64,000 nt of DNA from Octopus vulgaris (GCA_951406725.2 OX597820.1:11594001-11658000), one strand, 5' to 3'; shown: positions 12,544 to 28,238, counted from the first letter of the stretch. The notes: generated by a model not told the origin, from the letters alone. Made by a program: numbers and translations.

Positions 12544-12584
12544 ACTCCACTGACAAGGCCTAAGGGCCGAAATGCATGTGGAGT
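12544..12584 (+). ncRNA. Decayed minimal type-I hammerhead motif
   Basis: ACTCCA-CTGACAA-GGCC taag GGCC-GAAA-TGCA-TG-TGGAGT; stems intact, core G8 and H17 non-canonical. Confidence 0.5.
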
Positions 12585-13342
12585 TCTTGCAAGCCGCTGC
12601 TGGAACAAATTTCGTTACCTTCTGATATATATTTTGTTTTTATACACAGCATGTCCATGGGAGGTATTATCTACAAGTGATATACGCAAGGGTCATCTTA
12701 ACTGTCTTGCTTATGTACAAACTAACAGGTATCGTCTGATGATAAAAAACACTCTAGCCTTTTGATTAAGCACCCAATGGACAGATATAGTAATCTTCGA
12801 AAACCTCTTCTGACAGCTGCGCCATTTTCGCTACCACAAGACAGAATTTCTAATATGTACCATAGATATTCATCATTTCTTAAATAGACATATTTAAAGC
12901 CTATTTGGAAAAGATCCTGCATTTCGTACAATAGTTGCTATTTTTGAAAACTTGATTTTTTCAAATATATATTTTTAAATGATGGTATAAGAATGTTCCT
13001 ATATAAACGAGGAATGGTTACTTGGTAAACTGATACACTCAACTACAAATTTAATATCAAAAGTACTTATGGTTTTTGGAAAGATATCAAGCAAACTAGA
13101 AACGTTATATAAAACTACCCAAATCTATATTATTCCTGTAAAAATACGTATTTTGAAATTGTTATCAGAATGATACAGTGACCTATTGAACGTTGCTTTT
13201 TTTTTTTTGTTTTTGTTTTTAACTTTTATCGTGTTTCAGTCATTAGATAGCGGCCATACAAGAGCACCACCAAGAAGGGTTTCAGTGAAACAAATTGACC
13301 CCAGAACTTAATTTTTCAGTCTGTTTCATAGTCTACCGGCTA

Positions 13343-13427
<85 letters not shown>

Positions 13428-13719
13428 TGAGAAATTAAGATAAAGACAGGTTTATAAATTAGTTCCTACGTACGTTTCACAATCATGGTTACTTGGAATT
13501 CTGCATCTGGGTTTTCCAAGTGCATACGGATAATTCATCAGAATGGATCATCAGGAAACATTTTATTGCAATAAGTTACTGTGAGCTAATATCACATACA
13601 TACATACATACATACATACATACATACATACATACATACATACATACATACATACATAAATGCACGCATTTATACAAATATATAAACAACATATGGCGGC
13701 GTATCTGCCAACCATTAAT

Positions 13720-14860
13720 TATATCTCTAGGGGTGTCGAATATGCAACGGTGTGGTTGCTGTTTGACACCCCAGAGGAGGCTCGCAGTTTACGAGTAAAG
13801 AAATTTTGTTTCTTCCCACTTATTGTGGGAAGAAATTGACGAGAGCTTGGGTCTCTGGTTTGCCACCCAGAATTGAACCCCAGTGGATAGAGGATACTAT
13901 CCATCGGAGTCTGTGTGGCAGCAGGACCAGGCTTCTCAATGTGAAAATTCTTCCTGCGGCTGATTGGGTTGGGTCAAAAGCTGTTTTAACCCTGTGGACC
14001 CAAACCAACCATGAATCTGGTTATGCCAGATTTTTTGAAAATGGCTGGGTGCTGGTACCCGGTGATTCTTGAGGGTCGTCCCTAGGCCCACCCACCCAGG
14101 TGTCATTGGTGCCTGGAACCTGGCCATATAAAGAAAAGCTGTACTCAGAAACAAAGCAAAGTCCTGGAGCAGTTGATTGAGACCTCTGTAGAAGAAGGAA
14201 TGCGGCGGCCGAGGAGACGGAGGACTCCTCAAAGAAAGACTGCAAGAGGAAGAAGGTGAGCAATAATTGGTGCTCACCGAAGGAGCCTGAGAATGAGGGA
14301 GGGGAGGCGTATCTCCCGGTTACGGAGGAGACGCACCCTCCCTCAGTTGAAAGAAAAAAAAGGAAAAGGAGGAGAAACGGGACATTGCCGACAGTCGGTG
14401 ACATAGCACCGGAATGTCCCGGAACCTTGCCAGTAGGGGTTGTACCACCGGCAGGCGAAGAGACATCGTTGGGGGAATTGTGCCGCCAACGGTAGAATTG
14501 ACAACCTCGAACCCGGAGGAAGGGGAACTATTGGTCTTCTTCTACAGAGGCGGAGAGGTAGAAGAGGTGGTGGAAAGGCACCATAGGGGAGTACCTTTAA
14601 ACTTCACATTGGATCCCGAATGGCCTCCGCAGATAGCTGTGGAGGTCATAACGTTGTCCGTGAGGTATAGGCTGCAGGGACTCAATGAGGAATATCGCTT
14701 GTGGCCGGGCGACGCCGGCTCGTATCCTGCCTTGTTCTCGAATGAGGCGTGTGGGATGGCGGAGTATACGGGCACAAGCGACGTTGGGGAGGAATAGTGA
14801 CAAGAGGTTGAAAAGCCTCAGTGTTATAATGTTTATTGTATAATGTTTAATGTTTATTGC
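13720..14860 (+). pseudogene. Frameshifted Tx1/L1-type LINE ORF1 (gag-like) remnant with CCHC zinc knuckle
   Basis: TRAWVSGLPPRIE motif; VILEGRP then CHWCLEPGHIKKSC (Cx2Cx4Hx4C) at 14101-14142; charged low-complexity region follows; GC-richer than flanks. Confidence 0.7.
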
Positions 14861-15274
14861 ATATTGGGGGGACAAACACAGACACACAGAGTACACATCG
14901 GCCCTACGGCAAAGTCGGCCTCGGTGGAAATTTGAACTCTGAGCGTAAAGACGGACGAAATGCCGTAAGCCGTTTTGACCGGCATGCTAATGACTCTTTT
15001 CTTCTATAGGTACAAGGCCTGAAATGTGGGTGGTGGGACGGGCCCAGTCGATTACATCGACCACAGTACACAACTGGTACTTATTTTATCGACCCCAGAA
15101 AGAATGAAAGTCAAAGTCGACCTCAACGGAATTTGAACTCATACTACTGAGCATTCCATCCAGCGTCCTCGCCGACTTTACTCGAACTAGAAATGTTGTC
15201 AGCAAGCATTAAGCCGTCAGTTAAAAGGCGGCGAAAATATGGCTTCCTTTTATTATTTAATTAGAAAAATAATA

Positions 15275-15590
15275 AAACATGTAATTTGCTCCAAGATTAT
15301 TTTAATTCGTTTCGAGATTATTTTAATTTCTTTCGAGACTATTTTAATTTGTTTCGATATACTTTTAATTTGTTTCGAGATTATTTTAAGTTGTTTCGAA
15401 ATTATTTTGATTTCTTTTAAGATTACTTTCATTTGCTAGGAGATTCATTTGTTAGGAGATTATTTAAATTTGTTTTGAGATTATTTCAGGTTGCTTTAAG
15501 GTTACTTGAATTTGTTTCGAGATTATTTTGATTTGCTTTGATATTATTTTAATTTGTTTCGAGATAAATTTGATTAACTTAGAGATTAGA
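15275..15590. repeat. 21-bp minisatellite, consensus about TTTTAATTTGTTTCGAGATTA, roughly 14 diverged copies
   Basis: Direct periodicity. Confidence 0.85.
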
Positions 15591-15719
15591 TTATAATTAA
15601 CGGGAACTTGAAAAAATGTATTTACCTTTCATCTGCTTAGCACCATGAAACCGAAATTAAGCCAGGTAGAGTATTTTTGGAGGTTAAAATGTCAAACTGC
15701 TATCGATATACGTACTTAT

Positions 15720-15815
<96 letters not shown>

Positions 15816-16352
15816 TGGCACTCCGTCGGTTACGACAGTGAGCGTTACAGTTGATCCGATCAACGGAACAGCCTGCTCGTGAAATTAATGTGCAAGTGGC
15901 TGAGCACTCGACAGACACATGTACGACTCACTTTTGCTAGCTGAATGGACTGGACCTTGTATAGACACGCTCACACGCACGCACGCACACACACTCACAG
16001 ACACGAGTCGTTGATTGCTCGAAGTTGTTGCTGACAAACAACGGCAGTAATTTTATTCAGCTGAATACACGTCATTGATTGGTTGAAATTACCGAAATAC
16101 GACAACTTTAACACGAAATAACTTTGAAATAACTCTTCTCAACAACACTAAGAGTAAAAGATGTTTTATATGACACATTCTACCAGTGTCCGAAGTTTGA
16201 AAGTGTTTAGTTACAAAAAAATATTTTTAAAATCTGTCGGTCAAAAGGTAAAGATCCAAATATATATATTCTTTTATTCTTTTACTTGTTTCAGGCATTT
16301 GACTGAGGCCATGCTGGAGCACCGCCTTTAATCGAACGCGTACGCACGCGCG

Positions 16353-16404
<52 letters not shown>

Positions 16405-17132
16405 TACTAGATGTGTCTACGAACACTTAATAATTATAATGATTTATACCATAGGAATTTTGTCACAAGATCATATACAATAATTTTGTGCTTATCGCGC
16501 CAAGGCGCCACCTACCAGAAATAGCAGCCCAATATACCTCAATGAAATCACACGTCATAGCCATAAATATGAAAGGAAGATAATTCTCATATACTAGCCA
16601 TCCAAAACAATACATGCGGACACATTAAAAGAAAATAATTATAACAACACATAAACCGGATTCTCTTCTCTAATCGTGCAAAGCTGTTCAAGGTCTTGAC
16701 AACAACAACAACAACAATAGCAACAACAACAACAACGACTGCATTTGTTTGTTTATAAACAAATACGTGTGAGATTGCATAAGTGCGTTGATGATCGTTT
16801 CGGCCAATTAGCTTTTTTTTTCTTTTTGCCGATAAAAAAAGATGAAGTGAATTGATAAGACGCAAATCTTAATGTACTGAATACTGAAAAAAGGCATTGT
16901 TTTGAGATATAATGTGGCTGAAGACTGGTTTGCAATTTCGTGGTTTCGGGTTCGGTCCTGTAGCGGGGCGTCACATACATACATACATATATGCATGTAT
17001 TTATATATTTATGTACATATATGTATACATATATATATAAATATATATGTATACACATATATATGTATGTTTATGTATACACATATATATGTATATTTAT
17101 GTATACATATATATACATATATATACACACAC

Positions 17133-17307
<175 letters not shown>

Positions 17308-17488
17308 AAATTAGAAAATGGAGAAACATACTTAAATCAATCAAACATCAACCAACAGATGATACCCAATCAATACTTTATTACACCATTACATAACAGT
17401 AAAGGCATTATACAAAATATATTGTAAATATAATTAGACAAGGAAATAGAAATATAAAATATAAAATATAATATGTAATTATATCATA

Positions 17489-17599
17489 TCTGACAGCTGT
17501 TTCGGCAGTAAGGGCAATCATGCCTCATTTAACCTATAAGCCATATAAGGCAGGTATAAATGAGACATTAACAAGGATGCCCCACGGTCTCTTCAGAGA
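17489..17599 (-). ncRNA. Type-I hammerhead motif with long stem II
   Basis: Minus: TCT-CTGAAGA-[about 85-nt hairpin]-GAAA-CAGCTG-TC-AGA; palindromic stem III ACAGCTGT; GUC site. Confidence 0.7.
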
Positions 17600-17650
17600 A
17601 TTTAATAAATTATAATTGTGAAAATTTTTTTTTCCATATACATATCAATA

Positions 17651-17766
<116 letters not shown>

Positions 17767-17861
17767 AACCAAACATGAAAACACAAAGAGAAAACAAAAC
17801 AACGCGTGGACGTGGAACAGGTATAGTGTTATTGGATGCTCAGGAAAGGAAAGAAATGAGG

Positions 17862-17896
17862 ATTTAACGTTTCGGGCGGAGCTCTTCGTCAGAAAA
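17862..17896 (-). ncRNA. Minimal hammerhead motif in a short Penelope-like element (about 17763-17965)
   Basis: Minus: TTTT-CTGACGA-a-GAGC tcc GCCC-GAAA-CG-TT-AAAT. Confidence 0.6.
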
Positions 17897-18009
17897 ATAG
17901 GAAAAGGAAAGATCCAAGGAAGGGAAGACGGAGGAAAGAAATCGCCAACGGTACACACGCGGTATCTGTACATCACTTCAAAAACTCTCTATATATATAT
18001 AAGTATGAG

Positions 18010-18045
<36 letters not shown>

Positions 18046-18064
18046 TGTATGTATGTATGTATGT

Positions 18065-18120
<56 letters not shown>

Positions 18121-18198
18121 TATTATTAATAGTTAGGTAATATAAAAAATTCAATTTAGCACACTAAATCAAAAGTTCACAATATGTTATATATAGAA

Positions 18199-18411
18199 TT
18201 TAGAGACAAACCGCTATTTAGTAATTCAATCAATACTGAAACGATATTATCTATAGCACCCACATAGAAATAAATTAAATATATTATATTATAATTATTA
18301 ATCTATAATATATTAATATAATATTTAATATATTTAATTTATTTCTATGTTGGATATTATAGATAATATCGTTTCAGTATTGATTAAATAACAAAATAGT
18401 TCTTTGTCTCC

Positions 18412-18415
<4 letters not shown>
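18199..18415. repeat. Imperfect inverted repeat, arms about 95 bp, between (TA)n tracts
   Basis: AATCAATACTGAAACGATATTATCTATA / TATAGATAATATCGTTTCAGTATTGATT. Confidence 0.85.
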
Positions 18416-18469
<54 letters not shown>

Positions 18470-18579
18470 TATATGGGTACAGGGCTTCACCAAAACTGAA
18501 CAACCTGAAATACGAAAACAAATGATTTAAATACGCAAATAACGAGAGTGAAGAAAAAAGGAGAAGTAATAAAAAGAAC

Positions 18580-18701
18580 GACCCTTCATGAGTTGTCGGC
18601 TGTCTATCACTCATCATTTCGAGCAATGAACGACGATATGAGTCTTCGAAGACAGTTGCTCCCATAAATATCAAAATAATATTTGGGGTTTATGGAGGAT
18701 C
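18580..18701 (-). ncRNA. Candidate rearranged hammerhead, family Y (core G5 mutated)
   Basis: Minus: GATCCT-CCATAAA..TTTATGG-GAGCAA-CTGTCT..TCA-TA-TCGTCG..TTGCTC-GAAA-TGA..AGACAG-c-CGACAA-CTCATGA-AGGGTC. Confidence 0.65.
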
Positions 18702-19289
18702 AAGACTAGGAACATACAGGGGACATACAGGGAAGCCGAATGAAAAAAAATAAACATGGAGGGTCGTTAAATCTGAACAAGAGGGAAAATAAAGAACGCT
18801 GAAATAAATATTTTCTTTGAAAGGAGAAAAGACAGAAGAGAGAGATAGGAGACGTCCAGTCCTTAGAAGTCCGTGCAGGAAAGAAAGATGGATGATGGTT
18901 ACGTGTGAGCAACGAGAGAGAGAAAAAGAGAAAGAGGAAGTAAGAGAGAAAGATAGAGACAGACAGACAGACAGAAAACGCTGAGAGGGAGAAAAAGGGA
19001 ATTAGAGAGGATAAGAGAGAAAACAGTACAGAGTAGAGTCGCATCAAAAAGATCAAAATAAACCTATTTGGAAATGGATACGTGGAGTTCAATTAAATAA
19101 CCTAACAGAAGACATTTTGTCCAAGTTGCCACTCAGTGGACTGAACCCAGAATCATGTGAATGGAAAGCAAGCTTCTTACCACCCCTTCTCTCTCTCCCC
19201 CCTCTCTCACACACACACGCACATACACACACATATGTATACACACACACACACATACACACACACATATATATGTATATTTATATAAA

Positions 19290-19679
19290 TCCCTCTCTAT
19301 ATAAACGGCAGTTTGTCTGTGTGTGTTTATGTGTGTCTGTTTGGTTGTACCCTCACCCTGACCACGGCTTTCAACCGATTCTGATGAAACTTGACACACA
19401 CATAGCCCAATGTCATAATTCAAAACTAACGCACCGAAAATTTTGAAAAGTTCCCCCAGTTCTGAAAAAATTCGATAAATTCGACATGGGGTCGAGAATC
19501 AGAAACACAACACAAACCACAGACTGTCTAGGGGACGCAACTCGACCTTTTTTAACTCTCAAAAAAAAATTTACCATCATTTTTTCCCCATTTTTTTGCT
19601 ATTTTTTGGCAATAACTCTCTAAAAATGCTTTATAGTTATTTCCCTTACAAACCTGAGCAACGCCGGGCGATACTGCTA

Positions 19680-19680
<1 letters not shown>
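19290..19680 (+). mobile_element. Non-autonomous Helitron
   Basis: 5' TC after A; subterminal hairpin CCTG-AGCAACGC-CGGG; ends CTAG before T; no TSD; second copy at 37285-38086. Confidence 0.8.
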
Positions 19681-19729
<49 letters not shown>

Positions 19730-20728
19730 GCGTGGCTGTGTGCCAAGAAGTTTGCTTCCCAGCCACATGGTTTCGGGGTTAATACCAACGCGCGGCACCT
19801 TGGGCAAGTGTCTTCTACTATGACCGGGGGTTCACCAAGCCCTTGTGAGAGGATTTGTTTGGCGGAAACTGAAAAAAAGTCGTACATACATAAATATAGA
19901 CATTGACTCAATTCCGACTCCGGGACTCAGATTGTTCGGGCTTGGCCCGAGTATAAATTAAGTAAAGTGATCATGTATTTGCAAGCTGATATAATACCTG
20001 CCAACACTGACTTCAAGTATGTAATTGTAGCCAATAACTCGGGCTTCTTTTATTGAGCCTGGTCGCAATTCATTTATTTTCGTTCAGCGTCTGGCGGTCG
20101 TCTTAGAGGTAGGTGCCTTGTGTCAAAAAATATCATTCGTAGCAGACGTTCTTTCGACATCGTTCACATGTACCTGACTCAGGCCCAGAAGTTACAACCC
20201 GAGTTGTTATCAATAATCGTAAAAATTAAAAGTAATTCAAATTCAATGTTTTCTTGAAATAATAAATTGCTATAGAGCTTAGGATTTAAATTCCAATCTA
20301 CGAAAAGATTCCTTATTTTTTATCCAGCAACTTGGGCTAATATGAACGAACCTGGTAGGTGTAAAATACTAACTGGCATCTCTTGTCAACAGTACAGGTG
20401 TCAGTCAGATCGCTAATGTTTGTTGTGTACTCCGCTGTCGTTATTTGGTTGCTGTCATTCTGTGTGTCTGTGTGTAAAGATCAGTTGTTTTGCAGGGACC
20501 CTTAACTTAGAAATAGAGAAAGGACATAGTGCTAAAAAAGGAAGCCATTTGGGGTTAGAAATATAGCGGAAAAACAGGAAATTCTTCGAGCAGGCGATTC
20601 TTATGCGAATTCTGTGATGAGTCCGCGTGACGCTGATGATCTGGTGTCGCTTCTGATACAAACATACATACATACATACATATGTATGTATGTATAGAGG
20701 TGGATATGTGTGTGCGTATGTGTGTGTA

Positions 20729-20780
<52 letters not shown>

Positions 20781-20789
20781 CGTGTGCGT

Positions 20790-21420
20790 GTGTGTAATGA
20801 TATTCCCTAGAGTCCTTGAAAGTCGATTGTGGTTGCATGATCAACATCTGTGGTCGCTTATGTGAATTCTTGGGCCGAAATAAGGTTCACAAATACTGCT
20901 GCAGGTCGAGCAAGGACCACTGCTTGTTTGGGATAGGAGCAGATGCCTATCTGTGTCTGTCAAGGCTTGCCCCGGGGCGTTGCAAACGCAAATTGGTTGG
21001 GAAGTTTTTTGCTGCCTTTGGAGCGTTGATTATACAACTTGGTCCAGTTAGCCGTAGAACACTCGAGTCCTATCCCTTTCAGGTAGGCCTTGAGGCTGCA
21101 TTTATGCCGCTTTCTTGGGCGAGCTCGGGCACAAGTGCCCCACTCCAGTTCTCAGTAGATTAACTGTCGAAGTATCCTAGATTTGTGCAAGCGGATGACG
21201 TGGCAGATCCATCGAAGATGAACTTTTAGGATCTTAACGTCAGTGCTCGTAGAGCTGGCTCTGACCAAGAATGTCAGGGTGGAGATGACGTCCCGCCACT
21301 GAATTTGCTTCATTGGTGGTGAAACCGTTCAGCATCTTTGATTTGTCGGCGATACACTGGCTACGTTTGACATTCATACAAGAGGGATGAGAGCACAACA
21401 TTGTAGAGCTAGCTTGGTAG
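20790..21420 (-). pseudogene. RTE-clade LINE 3' ORF fragment
   Basis: Hand translation HLRWICHVIRLHKSRILRQLIY*ELEWG...RPRKRHKCSLKAYLK and a decayed C-terminal Cys/His motif. Confidence 0.85.
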
Positions 21421-21716
21421 CTAGCAAGCCAGATAGTTAGATAGGTGAGGAGAGAGAGGGGAGAGAGAGAGAGAGAGAGAAAGAAAGAAAGACAGAGAAA
21501 GACAAACAGCTAGCGAGATAGACAAAGAGGTAGCCAGATAGGCAGATATAGATAGATAGGTAGACACAGAGATAGAGAGACAGAAAGAGAAACGAAGAGA
21601 TAGACAGTCAGGTAAATGGATAGATGGATGGATGGATACAGAGACAGACAGACATATATAAATTGATAGACAGTTAGATAGATAGACAGACAGACAGACA
21701 TAGATAGATAGACAGT

Positions 21717-21801
<85 letters not shown>

Positions 21802-21856
21802 AGGGGACAGACAGAGAGGCAGGCAGATAGATAGATAGGTAGATAGATAGATAGAC

Positions 21857-21903
<47 letters not shown>

Positions 21904-21929
21904 GATAGATAGATAGATAGATAGATAGA

Positions 21930-22002
21930 TATGTTTCTTTATTAGCCACACAGGGCTGCACACAGATAGAACAAATTACAAGGTAGAGCTTTTCTTTTGA
22001 AT

Positions 22003-22037
<35 letters not shown>

Positions 22038-22358
22038 GGGGAGTTTAGATCAAAAGGGATCGTAAAAGGAGAGAAGGAGGACAAAAAAAAGGGGGTTAAA
22101 AAAAGAGGAAGAAAAAAAAAAAAAATTGATCAATAGGGATCGTTATCACAGAAAAGTCAATATGAAGTGTAAAGGGGAGGACAGGTGAGGTTTACCCGTG
22201 GAAAGAAAAGCCTACGGAAAAGACCACGGTCACCTCGGTCAATGAAGTCACATTTTATATTTCTTTTTTTTTTTTTTTTTTTTTTGCAAATAAGCAACTC
22301 TCTGTTTTCGATTTCTGGGTTCATAGGACTATGCTCAAGGTGGCTTCGTCATTCATAC

Positions 22359-22360
<2 letters not shown>
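21930..22360 (-). mobile_element. 5'-truncated LINE 3' end embedded in (GATA)n
   Basis: Same 3' terminus as 6271-6490; long (GATA)n on both sides; poly-T runs in the UTR. Confidence 0.65.
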
Positions 22361-22398
<38 letters not shown>

Positions 22399-22399
22399 T

Positions 22400-22468
<69 letters not shown>

Positions 22469-23257
22469 GTGATTGATATACAGATACACATCAACACGTG
22501 CGCATGTACTTGTGTTCGCTGGTTTGTTTACATCTTATATTCACGAGGCATGTGCTCGCATATTCATGCGCATTTACTATATTCTGTTTGCATTGGTGTC
22601 TAATAAATAACCTTTCCGTAACGTAAATCATTAGGACGTATCATTTACGTAAGAAGCGACACACGCACATTACGTACATACCAACACAAACACTCAAGTA
22701 CAAACGTACATACATACATACCTACATTATATATATATATATGGAGTTTGATATATAGGTGAGATTTTATATATATGCGTAGTTGCCGATATTTGGTCGG
22801 ATATTGTAGACATTATCTCCCAACAGAATCCTACCCCCGCCCCTTTATCGCCCACCCAATCTCACCTCTTCACCATTTTGTCCTCTCCTCATCTCCTCCC
22901 CCCCCCTACACATATTCCACTACCCCCCACCACCGCCACCACCGTCTATTGACGTCTGTTCTCTCCTTCATCAATGCCGGATATTATTTATTTTAGTTGG
23001 GGTTTTTTTCCATTTTTTTTGGCTTCTATTATTTTTTTTGTTTGTTCTTTTTGTTTACCTTTCCTGACCTCAAACCTCGTTCACCTTATCCTTTTCTCTC
23101 TCTGTCTCTCTTCCCCTCTCTCTTCCTCTCCCACTTCTATTGATTCTACTACTACTACTACTACTACTACCATCACCACCACCACCACTACTTCATTTCT
23201 CTTTACATAATCAGTTTTGAGCCAACTACGCCATCATCACCATTACTGCAGCTGTTG

Positions 23258-23308
<51 letters not shown>

Positions 23309-23464
23309 TTACAGCTACTACTACTGCCGCTGCTGCTGCAAATGTGCAATTCTTGTCAATAAACAAACTGGCTAACAAATAGGTAGAATGATAGATAGAT
23401 AGATAGATAGACAGACAAACAGACAGACAGACATAGAGAGAGAGAGACAGATAGATAGACAGAC

Positions 23465-23544
<80 letters not shown>

Positions 23545-23594
23545 GCAGACAGACAGACAGTCAGATATATAGATATATAGATAGACAGATAGAC

Positions 23595-23645
<51 letters not shown>

Positions 23646-23660
23646 GAGATAGATAGATAG

Positions 23661-23753
<93 letters not shown>

Positions 23754-24081
23754 GAACTGACAGACAAATACTGAAGTGAATAACTTTCAGAAAAGGTGAA
23801 AGCAAACCACACAACGTTGTTATGTTGGCCAGCTCAATGTTATTGTTTTGCTAATGTCTCAGTCTATCTCTTGTTTACGTATTTGGGTTAAACCTAGGAC
23901 AAAGTAGCTTATTCAATTCATTAATATGTAAATAACTCAGTAACCCAGAGACATAATTTCACATATAAACAGACAGCATATTGCGTTGTTTTTGATTAAG
24001 AAAACGAATAGAAAAATCATGCAGGCGAAAAGAGGTAAATCGATAGGCAGGTAGGTAGGTATGTAGGTAGGTAGATAGAAA

Positions 24082-24177
<96 letters not shown>

Positions 24178-24253
24178 CAGACATAGATAGATAGACAGGT
24201 AGGTAGGTAGGTATGCAGGTAGATAGAAAGAGAGAGAGGGGGAGAAAGAAAGT

Positions 24254-24296
<43 letters not shown>

Positions 24297-24791
24297 GAAG
24301 AATGAGATTGGCCAGAAGATAGAAAGATAGACAGATGGATGCATAGACAGATAGATAACGATTAATATTTAATAGCTCGAGAGATTAATGAAAGTATATC
24401 TGACAACTAAAATTACGAGAAAGCGGATTTAAATTACGTTTAGCTACACATAATACACACACACACACACACACACATCACACACCACCACACACATTAA
24501 GTACATATAGCCTCTACATATAACACGAAATCATATATACATAATACACGTATTATGCTGACATACAATCGCCTCTTACACTGGTCTACACATGTTCGAG
24601 TGTAAATGAAAAGAGCGCCATTTGCAGCTTTTCGTAAACAAACGATTTACTATGTGGAGAGAGAAGAGACTTCATTCATATAAAGCCAACCACGAATTTC
24701 GTGTAGTTTGATATTGTGGTAATTCTGATGCATAGATGCCGTACTGCGTGTGTATATGAGTAGGTGTATGTATGTTTGTAACATGAAAACA

Positions 24792-24822
<31 letters not shown>

Positions 24823-25076
24823 GCAATGCGTCTGTGTGTGTATTATATTTTTATATTTTAAGTAATGGCAAGAATGGATGTAGTAGACACTGGGAGTGCG
24901 CGTGTGTATTCGCGTGATGTATGCGTATGTTTATGTGTGTTTAGAAGAGTGTTTATATATAGAATGTTCTATGTAAATATATTCGCAATTAATGTCTATG
25001 TGAGTGTTTATTTTTCTAAATATATCTAAATCTAAATCTCTCACTCTGTATATATACATATGTATATATATGTATG

Positions 25077-25124
<48 letters not shown>

Positions 25125-25131
<7 letters not shown>

Positions 25132-25397
25132 ACCGACCAGATCATCAGATGTTGTAACACATCGCTGGTCACAATGCGTTCGCATTGTTTTAGCCTTCGA
25201 ATGACGCCATCCCGCTGGCTAAGCGAGCAGGCCAACAGAAGAAAGAGTGGGGAAAGAGTATTGCAGGGATCACCACCCCCTGCCGGAGCCTCGTGGAGCT
25301 TTAGGGTGTTTTAGCTCAATAAACACTCACAACGCCCGGTCTGGGAATCGAAACCGCGCGAGTTCGCTGCCCTAAACACTGGGCCATTGTGCCTCCA
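25125..25397 (-). mobile_element. SINE family C with alternative 3' part
   Basis: Head matches 7180-7330; tail matches 39560-39655 and 49175-49290. Confidence 0.8.
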
Positions 25398-25404
25398 TAT
25401 ATAT

Positions 25405-25800
25405 ACTCTTTTCTCTCTTACTCTTTTACTTGTTTCATTCATTTGACTGCGGCCATGCTGGAGCACCGTCTTTAGTCGAGCAAATCGACCCCAGGACTTA
25501 TTCTTTGTAAGCCTAAGTGTTATTCTATCGGGCTCTTTTGCCGAACCGCTAAGTTACGGGGACGTAAACACACCAGCATCGGTTGTCAATCGATGTTGGG
25601 GGCACAGACACACAAACACATACATATACATATATACGACGGGCTTCTTTCAGTTTCCGTCTACCAAATCCACTCACAAGGCATTGGTCAGCCCGAGGCT
25701 ATAGCAGAAAACACTTGCCCAAGGTGCTATGCAATGGGGCTGAACCCGGAACCATGTGGTTGGTAAGCAAGTTTCTTACCACACAGCCACTCCTGCACCT
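25405..25800 (-). mobile_element. SINE family A
   Basis: Reverse complement of the family consensus. Confidence 0.9.
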
Positions 25801-25863
25801 ATGTATATATATATTTTTTTCTAGTTTCAGCTCAGAGCTGCGGCCATGCTGATACACCGCCGT

Positions 25864-25902
<39 letters not shown>

Positions 25903-26144
25903 TTTTATTCTGTTGAGTAATTTGACTGCAGTCATGCTTGAGCTCTGCCTTTAATCGAACAAATCGATCCCCGGACTTATTCTTTGTAAGCCTTGGTGTT
26001 ATTCTATCGGGCTCTTTTGCCGAACCGCTAGGTTTCGGGGATGTAAACACCCCAGTATCGGCTGTCAAGCGATAATGGAGGGAGAAACATACAAACATAC
26101 AAACATTATACACTTGTATATGTTTATATTCATGTTATACGTGT

Positions 26145-26185
<41 letters not shown>

Positions 26186-26530
26186 GCTCTATGTGAATAT
26201 ATTTATACACATTATTAATAATAATATGACAACAAAGGAATGAATGAGACCTCGACATTATGTAAAATAGAAGGAATGTATAAATATAATGAGACAATTA
26301 GTTGGTTTATGGCAACCAACTAATTGTCACATATATTTGTGTGTATATATATATATATATATACATTTGTGTGGATATATGTGTGTCTATGTGTAAGAGA
26401 GAGAGAGAAAGAAAGACAAGCAGATAGCGGAAAGAGAGAGAGAGTTAAATTACATTTGTTTTATTCATTAGACCGGAACGTACGAAGAGAAGACGGGCAG
26501 ACATGTGTCAGCACACGTCTCTCTCCCTCC

Positions 26531-28238
<1,708 letters not shown>

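Noticed and set aside
20612-20657. C/D box-like motifs GTGATGA...CTGA...CTGA
   Set aside because: Only about 45 nt between the boxes and no clear guide sequence, too short for a snoRNA
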